Of a stretch of DNA of 64,000 bases, positions 46,052-56,592 are shown piece by piece (within the stretch, counting starts at the first letter, position 1; each line of letters starts with the position of its first letter). The translations under genes were made by a program, and so were the position numbers. This DNA is from the human T2T-CHM13v2.0 reference genome, Homo sapiens, in NCBI RefSeq assembly GCF_009914755.1, contig NC_060940.1; one strand, given 5' to 3'. Below the pieces are notes generated by a model. That model worked only from the letters and a program-made list of their open reading frames with translations, did not search any database and was not told the DNA's origin.

Positions 46052-46723
46052 TTTCATGGATTTATCTACCTTTGGTCTTTGATTTGGTGGCATTCAGATG
46101 GGGTTTCTGTGTGGACATCCTTATTGTTGATGTTGATGCTGTTCCTTTCTGTTTGTTAATTTTCCTTCTGTCAGGCTTCTTTGCTGCAGGTCTGTTGGAA
46201 TTTGCTGGAGGTCCACTCCAGACCCTGTTTACCTGGGTATCACCAGCAGAGGCTGCAGAACAGCAAAGATTGCTGCCTGTTCCTTCCTCTGGAAGCTTCG
46301 TCCCAGAGGGATACCGCCAGATGCCAGCTGGAGCTCTCTTCTATGAGGTGTCTGTCGACTCCTGCTGGGAGGTGTCTCCCAGTCAGGAGGCACAGGAGTC
46401 AGGGACCCACTTGAGGAGGCAGTCTGTCCTTAGTAGAGCTTGAGCACTGTGCTGGGAGTTCTGCTGCTCTCTTCAGAGCTGGCAGGCAGGAACATTTAAG
46501 TCTGCTGAAGCTGCGCCCACAGCTGCCTCTCCTGCAGGTGTTGTGTCCCAGGGAGATAGGAATTTTATCTATAAGCCCCTGACAGGAGCTGCTGCCTTTC
46601 AGAGATGCCCTGCCTGGAGAGGAGGAATCTAGAGAGGCAGTCTGGCTATAGCGGCTTTGCCGAGCTGTGGCAGTTTGAACTTCCTGGTGGCTGAGGGGAA
46701 AACCGCCTACTCAAGCCTCAGTA

Positions 46724-46942
46724 ATGGTGGACGCCCCTCCTCCCACCAAGCTGGAGCATCCCATGTCAACTTCAGACTGCTCTCCTGGCAGCGAGAATTT
46801 CAAGCCAGTGGATTTTAGCTTGCTGGGCTGTGTGGGGGTGGGATCCACTGAGCTAGACCACTTAGCTCCCTGGCTTCAGCCCCCTTTCCAGGGGAGTGAA
46901 TGGTTCTGTCTTGCTGGCATTCCAGGTGCCACTGGGGTATGA
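46724..46942 (+). CDS. Putative L1 antisense ORF0 homologue, 72 aa, open
   Basis: MVDAPPP...SDC...VGVG at the ORF0-equivalent ATG; Kozak GTAATGG. Translation unproven. Confidence 0.45.
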   Translation: MVDAPPPTKLEHPMSTSDCSPGSENFKPVDFSLLGCVGVGSTELDHLAPWLQPPFQGSEWFCLAGIPGATGV

Positions 46943-47714
46943 AAATAAACTCCTGCAGCTAGCTCGGTGTCTGGCCAAACAGCCGCCCAGTTTTGTACTT
47001 GAAACCCAGGGTCCTGGTTGCCTAGGCACCCAAGGGAATCTCCTAGTCCGCAGGTTGCGAAGACCATGAGAAAAGCATAGTATCTGGGCTGGAGTGCACA
47101 GTTTCTCACGGCACAGTCCCTCATGGCTTTCTTGTCTAGGGGAGGGAGTTCCCTGACCCCTTGCACTTATCAGGTGAGGCAATGCCCCACCCTGCTTCTG
47201 CTTGTCTTCTGTGAGCTGCACCCACTGTTTAACTAGTCCCAATGAGAAGAGCTGGCTACCTCAGTTGGAAATGGAGAAATCACCCGCCTTCTGCATTGAT
47301 CTTGCTGGGAGCTGCAGACACCAGCTGTTGCTATTCGGCCATCTTGCCAGCCACCAATGTGGGATGTTTCTACAAATCCCCTTGAGGAGGCATTTTCCCA
47401 CAACATCAGCACCATGCCCTACAGTGACTGTAGTGTATGTCCTGAGTGATACCTTTCCATAAACCTTTCTTAACCACATTGGGGCTGGGGGAGAAATCTG
47501 GTTCTTAGTTCCTGCAGCCTAATCATTGCACATGTGGCATCTAAACCCAGATTCATAATGAGGTGTGAGGTCTTCTCCATCAGACTGAGATATCTGAGGG
47601 CCAGACTTAGGGGCATCCATCTTCAGTTCCTAAGCACTGTGCATTCTTTACTGTAGAAGAATAAATGTTGGACTTAGGAAAGAAGAAAGGTAAAAAGGGA
47701 GGGCTTAAAAATAA

Positions 47715-47960
47715 TGATAGCCATCACAATTATGCTTACTCAGGGCCAGTCCCTCTAAATGCTTCATGTTATTACCTCACTTAATTTATTTATTAACTCT
47801 ATTGAGTAGGTTCCATCACTCACCCCAAGTTACAGATGAAGAAACAGAGGCATGGTAGGGCCAAATGACTTGCCTGGCATCACTCAACTTACTAATGAGG
47901 CAGGCTTTGAAGCCAGGAAGTCCACTCTAGATACCAACCTTTAATCATCCTAAATATTGC
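47715..47960 (-). mobile_element. MIR
   Basis: TTACAGATGAAGAAACAGAGG core. Confidence 0.7.
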
Positions 47961-48104
47961 CTATCTAAGTTTTACATCCTGCCCCAACAGACGTATTGCT
48001 GCTTCTGTGACACAGGGAGAGGGGACTTCAAACTCCATCCATGTCATTTGCCTGAATACATTCTGCCCCCCGCCCATTTTTTTTTTTACTTTATATTAGT
48101 ACAT

Positions 48105-48635
48105 TTTTTTTTTTGGTGGCAAATACTACATGTCAGATTTAATCTTGCTTAAGATAAAAGGGAATGTATTGGCTTATAAATAGCGTAGTTCAAATATAGG
48201 TTAGACTTCATGCATGATGGAAGTAGGCAGGACTTCATAACGTTATTGGCAATCTGTCTTTTTCCATCTTCAAGTTCTGCTTTCTTCTGTGGGTAATTCA
48301 TGGTTATGTGGATGTGGCACAGTGGAGCAAAAATAGCCACTAACAGCTCTAGGGATAAATGAGTGGAATTTAGCAATTCTAATGTAAAGTGGAATGACTT
48401 TCTTTTCCTTGATGATTCCTAAAGAAGTTCTAGAGACTAGTTTTCATTGGTTCAGCTTGGTTCATGCCCATCCTGAACCTATCACTGGCAGGGTTGATGG
48501 TGTGTCCTACTGGCAGGACCACCCCCTTCTGTGACCCATAGGAATGGCAAGGGAGGGAGCTCCTCTTAAACCACAGGGGCTGAGGATGGGGAAAGGATTT
48601 GCCCCATGGACACACTGGGCATGAGTATTAATATA
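48105..48635. mobile_element. MLT1-type MaLR LTR relic
   Basis: AAAGGGAATGTATTGGCT...CATTGGTTCAGCTTGGTTCATGCCCATCCTGAACC. Confidence 0.55.
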
Positions 48636-50465
48636 GGTCCATCAGGGCGTCTCTCCTGATCTCTCTCCCTGACTTATCTCTTTCCATTAACCAACAGAAA
48701 TGGTTGTGGATCTTCAGTTATTCAGGAATATGTAGATTTGCACTATTTCTAACCCTCTGGGCTCCAGGACATCATAGAGGAAAAAGCATTGTCATCAGAT
48801 CCAGAGTTCTCATGTTATACCAGCCAGTGTTTCCTCATAGTTAGAGTAGACCATGCTGGGCCAGAGATTGACAGATTCAATGACATCTTTGCCCTACAAA
48901 CAAAGGCCTATTTGAATTTGAAATGAGGATTAGCATTATACCTGTGAATACAGTCAGAAGGACAAAGGAATCTGTAGGGTCAAAGTAGATGTGACTGTAT
49001 TCACAAGAGGAGATGGTTCAGATTGTTTTTAAAAGAAATAAGTTACAACAGAAGAGTGAAGGAGCATTTATACACAATGCTGTATTTCCAGGCAATTATG
49101 GATCAAACAAAACTGCACAAAACTAACAGTATGTTGGAAACATCATTCTTCCTACTCTCACTTTCCATACATGTACCTGAGGGAAGGTCCTAAAATTCAC
49201 ATGTGACTATGTCATTCTCTGGCTGAATGATTTCTCATTCCCAAGAAGCTAAAATTCAAAGTCTTAGACATAACAAAAGAGCTAGGCTAAAACCTTTAGA
49301 GACTGTAAGCACTGAAAATATTATAGTACTTACTTCATATGTAATAAAAGATGAAAACTATGCTAAACTGAAAAAGTTATCATTTTTCCCATGGCGGCTA
49401 CTTGTGGATTTTGTTTGTATTTGTAGTATCAAATTTTCTTTTTCCATCTTCTCTCTTGAGTGCCAGAGCATTTGCTGAGTCTCTGTGTAGTTTATCTATT
49501 ATTACTTCCCTGCTTTTCAGTCTTAATGTGCATACTGATCACATGGGGATCTTGCTAAAATGCTGATTCTCATTCAGTAAGTCTAGGGTGGGGCCTGGGA
49601 AATTTTTATTTCTGACCGATGATCAGGGAGTCTTTCCAAGCCCAAAGTCCTGGAGATTCTTAATCACCAGGGGTCCAGGAATCTATATTTCACCAAACAT
49701 TCTCAGCTGGGTTTGAAGATTAATCAAACATGAAAACCAATAAATGAAAGAATTCATTTTTTTTCGGTACCAGATGCAGCAACAAATAACCCCACAATCA
49801 AGTATCGTAACACAGGGAGTGTTGTTTCTTACTGTCAACTCACTGTGGGTCAGCAGGATCAGAAGAAAGGGGGAACTGCTCCATGAAGTTAGCCAGGGAC
49901 CGGGCTCTCCTAATGGTTCTGGGGACCCCTAAACTGCGGCATCTCAGGGGTCTGATTAGGAAACGGAAAGAAAGAGTGTGTGCAGTGTCCCATGAAAGAC
50001 CTTAGCAGTGACACGCTGGAGCTGGCTCTGCCGGCTTGTGAGAGCTAATTGCTAAATTTTTAGGAATTTTGTGAGCTGGTTTTTAAATATGACTGTTATG
50101 AAAAATTAAATTATATAAATCTATGAATAATAAATCACATTAAAAACAAAACATCATTTCCTAATTCTACTACTATATTTTACTATTATCTATGGTCTTG
50201 AGGTTATTTACATCTATTGTATCTGTAGAGCAGAAATACAATCATCCCTTGGTATCTGCGGGGCATTGGTTCCAGGACTCCCACAAATACCAAAATCCAC
50301 AGATGCTCAAATCTCATATGTTAAATGGCATAGTATTTGCATATAACCTACACATATCCTCCTGTATGCTTTAAATTGTCTCATACAATGTAATACTATG
50401 TAAATTATTCTAGTGTATTGTTTTTTATTTGTATTTTTAAGTTCTTGTATTTTTATTTTTTGAGT

Positions 50466-50763
50466 TTTATTTATTTTTTTGAGACAGAGTCTTGCTCTGT
50501 TGCCCAGACTGGAGTGAAGTGGCGTGATCTTGGCTGACTGCAACCTATGCCTCCCAGGTTCAAACAATTGTCCTGCCTCAGCCTCCCAAGTAGCTGGGAT
50601 TACAGGCGTGCGCCCTCATGCCTGGCTAATTTTTTGTATTTTTAGTAGAGATGGGATTTCACCATGTTGCCAAGGCTGGTCTGGAACTCCTGAGCTCAGG
50701 CAATCTGCCTGCCTTGGCCTCCCAAAGTGCTAGGATTACAGATGTGAGCCACCATGCCTGGCC
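50466..50763 (-). mobile_element. AluS
   Basis: Dimeric Alu. Confidence 0.93.
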
Positions 50764-50779
50764 TTTTTTGGCGTTTCAG

Positions 50780-50780
50780 A

Positions 50781-50837
<57 letters not shown>

Positions 50838-50849
50838 ATATATATATAT
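50780..50849. repeat. (TG)n(TA)n microsatellite
   Basis: Direct reading. Confidence 0.93.
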
Positions 50850-51303
50850 TTGATTTTCAGTTGGTTGAATTTACGGATGTGGAACCCACGGATACAGAAG
50901 GTCAACTGCACTGCTTAATACATCTCTCCCAACTCCGCAGTCAGTGATGTTACACTGGTACCTTGAAATCAGCCATGGTGAAAGTATTTACATAATGGAA
51001 AATTAGCAAATGCTACACACATGACTCCTTCCAGCCCACTTCTGCCTCCCCAACAGCCAATACTGGTCTTAGGGGTCTAGGCCTGGAAGTGGCATATATA
51101 ACTGTGACACATATTCAATTGGCCAAAACTCAGTCATATGTCTTCACTTTGATGTAGGCTCTGAGGAATCTAGTTTAGTAGTGTCGCAAGGGCTACAGAC
51201 ATTGGTAGGCATTTGCAGCCTTGTCACAAAAGGTAACTTAACCATTGAAATGACTACTTTCAAGGACATTGCTGTGAGCAACTTATGTAGGTGTATGTGA
51301 GGA

Positions 51304-51349
51304 GGTGGTATAGCTCAGAGGTAGAACATTGGACTGCAGATCAAGAAGT
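51304..51349 (+). pseudogene. 3'-truncated tRNA-Cys(GCA) retropseudogene
   Basis: 41/46 match to GGGGGTATAGCTCAGTGGTAGAGCATTTGACTGCAGATCAAGAGGT; GCA anticodon at 51336-51338; no T arm. Confidence 0.88.
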
Positions 51350-52785
51350 GTGTGTATATATAACTTATATAGGTGTGTGTGTACAATATATATGTAATAT
51401 AGTGGTTATATTTGTGTATATATGTAATATGTATGTACATATACATATATTGGTGTGTGTGCATATATAGATACACACACATATATAGAGCCACTTATGA
51501 AGCTTCATAAAACTGTCATATAAAACTAGAATTGGGGGTACCCTATGAAGAAAGGCCCATGGTAATACTATGTTTTAATATGTGAATATTGTATTTCTAT
51601 TTGTCATGTGCATTGCCAGCCTAAAATTCTCCTTCTCCTCAAGATCTGCAATTTTATATTGATCTTACATTTGTGAATCAGGGCATAGGATGTCAATGAA
51701 AACACCTGCTTAGAGGATAAACATATTTAAATACCAACCTTTTACTCTGATTGGTTTTGAAAGTTCTACTGATTAGATATGGGTATTTTAAATAATATCT
51801 AAAAAAAGCCATAAGAAATCAGTTATATAATTAATTCTCAACTCATTCATCAAAATGCTATAAATTCTCACATTGTAGTAACATATGTGGTCAAACTGAC
51901 CTGGGTCTCAGATGGTCTTAGGTATGTAACAACATTTTAATATGGATTGGGTTTTTATGTTGTATTAACAATTTTAATTTTGTATTTGTTTATTATTTAT
52001 CTTTGAAGCTTTTGGGTGATGTTGAGTTATAGTTTGGTCAGTACTAAAATGGATTATGCCTCTAGGAGTCTCCTTCTTTTTGAACGTCCAGCAGAAGAAG
52101 TGAACACAATGAATAATATGAAGTGGAAACAAAGCGCCTCTGCATTGCTGGTTGGACAAAGGCTCAGTGCTCATCAGAGCAGCATTTTGGGAAAGCAGGT
52201 TTGGAGCATATATCTTAGGTTTAAGGCTTATGCAAGACTGCCAGTTTCTCTGAATCCCAAATCTAGACCACAGGAACTTACTATAAACTCTGTGGGTTGA
52301 TGCAATATATGGGGGAATGAAACAATGATGAAGAGACTCTGAGATGAGTCTCTTGGTCAATTTACCAACCCACTTACACTGAGGAAGGACATGAAAGATA
52401 AGCGTGAGGTACACCCATGTGAATTACTGTTCAGTGCAATAGTTATCCTGCCCATTAATAAACACAGCCCAATTTGTGTCCTAGAAATTGACAAAATATT
52501 TTAATAACCCCTTCTCCTTGTGAAGGAGCTGGGAGAGATGTTGGGAGAGGATGTTTTACTCAGTCACCAAACCATTGTTTCAAAACTCAGTAGCTGAAGA
52601 TTTGGAGAGAATTAAGATATTTCCTCTTTTTTTTGGTATTCATTAATTACTGTCTAACTGCTTTCCACATTAATCATCATATTGGTAAAATACATAAAAA
52701 AGAAAATTTTCTTAAAAAATGGAAACCTGTATTTTACCTCTTGTGGCAGCCATAAGACCGTACCTTACAGATCTCCAAATGTAAT

Positions 52786-53155
52786 TGATATGTTTTGGCT
52801 GTGTCCCCACCCAAATCCCATCTTGAATTGTAGCTCCCATAATTCCCATGTGTCGTGGGAGGGACCAGTAGGAGGTAATTGAATCATGGGGGCAGGTCTT
52901 TCCCATGCTGTTCTCGTGATAGTGAATAAGACTCACAAGATCTGATGGTTTTATAAAGGGCAGTTCTCCTGCACAGGCTCTCTTGCCTATCGTCATGTAA
53001 GATGTGCCTTTGCTTCTCCTTTGCCTTCCGCCATGATTGTGAGGCCTCCCCAGCCATGTGGAACTGTGAGTCTAATGGACCTCTAACCTCTTTCCTTTAT
53101 AAATTACCCCGTCTTGGGTATGTCTTTATCAGCAGTGTGAGAATGGACTAATACA
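52786..53155 (+). mobile_element. Solo THE1 MaLR LTR
   Basis: TGATATG..GGCTGTGTCCCCACCCAAAT...GACTAATACA; perfect 5-bp TSD GTAAT. Confidence 0.93.
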
Positions 53156-53943
53156 GTAATTGACCAAGGGTACCAACTATTGTGCTTTGAAATCCATAGC
53201 AGCTCCTGTGAACAGAAGATGTTTCCCACCAGCTGCTCCCAGCCCATGAATGAGTGTGATAGGACACTAAGGCAGGCCCATTCCAGGAAGACATGGGACT
53301 CCTCTGATGATGACTTTGGCTTGAGGACTCCCCAGTAGCCTTGCCAAAACTTCATATGACAGGGCAGTCTAGGATGCCTCAACCCAATGTCCCCTCCCAC
53401 TCTCCTTCATTTGGGATCAGATTGCATAGTGTGCTGATGGTTTTCCAAGGTTTTCTAGGTCTTTCCTCATTTTCTCATACAAAGATATTTTCCTTGATAA
53501 CATCCTTGAATGTTTAGTCTTGGATTAACACATTCTTTTAGAGTGATAGTTTTTATGAAGAGTAACTTTAACCTGAGAATTTAAGAGGGACTTGCAAAAA
53601 AGTGATTTCCATAATTTTATTTAAAAATACATAGTTTATGATGCCTTTAAGAAAGACTAATAAAAATTGTCTAAATTTTCCTTGTGGTTTTGCCTTGTTA
53701 TTTAGTTACAATTTTCCACATTAAGGAAGTTGTTTCACTCGAAATCTGTTAAGTTTAATGAGTTGCCTTCAAGGACTGTTTAGTTTAAGCTTTATTGGTT
53801 GAAAGTACATTTTCTCAGAGGCCATTTTTTCAAGAAATCATTGATTTGGAACAAACTGAACAATGGAATTTTCCACAGCTTACTTAGCCTACAGTGAAGT
53901 AGCTAAGACTTTACTAGGCATGGTCAATCTATCTCTTGGTCAA

Positions 53944-54110
53944 TATCTATCTATCTATCTATCTACCTATCTATCTATCTGTTTATTATTTTAAAATATT
54001 GGTTGGTACAGTCTGGCAAATGTAGTATCTTTAGTTGGATTATCTTAATTTGGGATATGTTCAAGACTGAGTTGTTAAAGTAAATCTGAATTATTCCAAG
54101 GAAGAAGTTC

Positions 54111-54168
<58 letters not shown>

Positions 54169-54316
54169 TATTTTAAAATACTGGTTGGTACAGTCTGGCA
54201 AATGTAGTATTTTTAGTTGGATTATCTTAATTTGGAATAATGTTCAAGGCTGAGTTGCTAAAGTAAATCTGAATTATTCCAAGGAAGAAGTTTATCTATC
54301 TATCTATCTATCTATC

Positions 54317-54360
<44 letters not shown>

Positions 54361-54495
54361 GTTAGTTTATTATTTTAAAATATTGGTTGGTGCAATCTGG
54401 CAAATGTACTATCTTTAGTTGGATTATCTTAATTTGGGATAATGTTCAAGACTGAGTTGCTAAAGTAAATCTGAATTATTCCAAGGAAGAAGTTC

Positions 54496-54548
<53 letters not shown>

Positions 54549-54693
54549 CCTATCTATCTATCTATTATTTTAAAATACTGGTTGGTACAGTCTGGCAAAT
54601 GTAGTATTTTTAGTTGGATTATCTTAATTTGGAATAATGTTCAAGGCTGAGTTGCTAAAGTAAATCTGAATTATTCCAAGGAAGAAGTTTATC

Positions 54694-54738
<45 letters not shown>

Positions 54739-54895
54739 ATCTATCTATCTATCTATCTATCTGTTAGTTTATTATTTTAAAATATTGGTTGGTACAATCT
54801 GGCAAATGTAGTATCTTTAGTTGGATTATCTTAATTTGGGATAATGTTCAAGACTGAGTTGCTAAAGTAAATCTGAATTATTCCAAGGAAGAAGT
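53944..54895. repeat. Compound tandem array: 5 x [(TATC)n + ~128-bp core]
   Basis: Cores at ~53981-54110, 54166-54293, 54361-54495, 54563-54690 and 54763-54895. Confidence 0.97.
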
Positions 54896-55246
54896 GCATA
54901 CGACAATGAGAGTGGGTGTTGCTGTGGTAAAATTCTTCCTGCGCAGAGTTGATTAATGGTGAATACATGCTTGGCTAAGAGTGTCCTGCTCTCAGGTGGT
55001 CTCTGTAGATATGCTTACCCAAGTTCTAATGAAGCTTGAAATTAACATGGCTCTGTCAGTTTAATTCCTGGTGTCTGCTGGAGTCCTTGCAACACTGTCT
55101 TGTCAATCCTAAGCAAGGGGCCAGTATGTTTCTAGCAATGTCTCTTGCTGCTGGGAGTTTTGTTAGAAGAAAAAGTAATGTCCATATATGTAGTTACATG
55201 TAATTTTCTTCTGCCTGGTATATTTATAGTGGCTGAGCAAAATTAA

Positions 55247-55300
55247 TGTGTGCGTGTGTATTTGTGTGTGTGTGTGTATTTGTGTGTGTGTGTGTGTGTG
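55247..55300. repeat. Interrupted (TG)n
   Basis: Direct reading. Confidence 0.88.
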
Positions 55301-56304
55301 CATATGATGATTCTTAGAGCAGATACATCTCAGTAAATACTAAGTTGTTGTTGTTGATGATGATGATAGTCTGTGCATAATATATAAGAGTTCATTAACC
55401 ATATCTGCATGTGTTGTTTATTTCGATCCTAATTGTAACTCTGAGAAGTAAATATAATTACCCATTTTACAAATGAAGAAGCTGAGAATCAAAGAGTTTA
55501 AGTGAGTTGAAAAAATCCTACAGCTAATAAGAGAACATAAATCAGGAAGACATGACTATATTTCCAGCTTATTATCGAAAGACATCATTTCTGTTTTGAT
55601 ATAGCTTTGATTGTGATTGCAAAGTATATTCAAATAGACATTCTATGGTTTCGGATGGCCAATAATTGTTATAAAGTTTGAAGTTGAAAAATGCTTTTAG
55701 TGTTTATAACATGCTAATCAATGATCAGTTATTTTTATGTATATGATCTCACTTGGTCTTTATGATAACAGTTTGAGAACAAATCATTTCTATTTTTACA
55801 AAAACTAGGAGGTTTTCTAAAAATGGCCTTCTCTTCAATGTTTTCAGAAAATGTCAAATGTAAAGAACAAACGACTGTGGAAGATTAACTGCGTGTCAAT
55901 ATAGGTAATTTTATTATATCATTGATCCCCTCAATCCCATGAGGTAGGCAGTATAGGTCATGATATCCCTAATTTTAGAGATTGAGTGTAGAAGAGGTAA
56001 CCTGTCACTCTTGGATGGGGATGCCAGGAAACAACTCTGGCTAACTTATGAAAAAGGGATCACTCACTGACAGGATATTGGGCAGCTCTGTATTCCACTA
56101 AGACTCGTGAAAGGAGAGTTTTCTCCAAAACAGGAAGAGGACTCAGTCCTCAAATTAGAACTTATTGACAACTGCGATAATTTGCCAGGGCATCATAGAT
56201 AGAAGTGTATTGGATGCTCAGTTCTCCCTTCTCCCTTTTACTTAAAAAAATTTAAACTCCAAAACACATGTTTACCCAATTTCAAAGAGGAAAATCTCTT
56301 GCTG

Positions 56305-56592
56305 TTTTTTTTTTTTTTTTTTGAGATAGGGTCTCATTCTTATCACAGTGCAGTGGCGCCATCTCAACCCACTGCTACCTCCGCCTCCCCAGGTTCAAGT
56401 GATTCTCCTGCCTCAGCCTCCTGAGTAGCTGGGATTACAGGCACGCAACACCATGCCTGGCTAATTTTTGTATTTCAGTAGAGACGAGGTCTCACCACGT
56501 TGGCCAGGCTGGTTTCGAACTCCCGGCCTTAAGTAATCTGCCGGACTCAGCCTCCCGAAGTGCTGGGATTACAGGCATGAGCAACCACGCCC
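56305..56592 (-). mobile_element. AluS with small deletion
   Basis: Poly-T and dimer lacking CCAGGCTGG. Confidence 0.92.

Larger units (their letters stand above)
50239..50909 (+). mobile_element. MER2 (TcMar-Tigger) interrupted by Alu and (TG)n
   Basis: CAATCATCCCTTGGTATC...GGATACAGAAGGTCAACTG inverted termini. Confidence 0.82.
50006..51065. mobile_element. MER63-type hAT transposon interrupted by MER2
   Basis: CAGTGACACGCTGGAGCTGGCTC...GGAATTTTGTGAGCTGG; resumes after 50910. Confidence 0.65.

Noticed and set aside
51974-52414. 146-aa ORF in unique DNA (also 14447-14830, 33602-33838, 61954-62250)
   Set aside because: No recognisable domain or exon structure; lengths are compatible with chance.
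53944-54895. CRISPR-like repeat-spacer appearance
   Set aside because: Repeats are ~128 bp, the spacers are simple (TATC)n, there are no cas genes, and the context is primate DNA.
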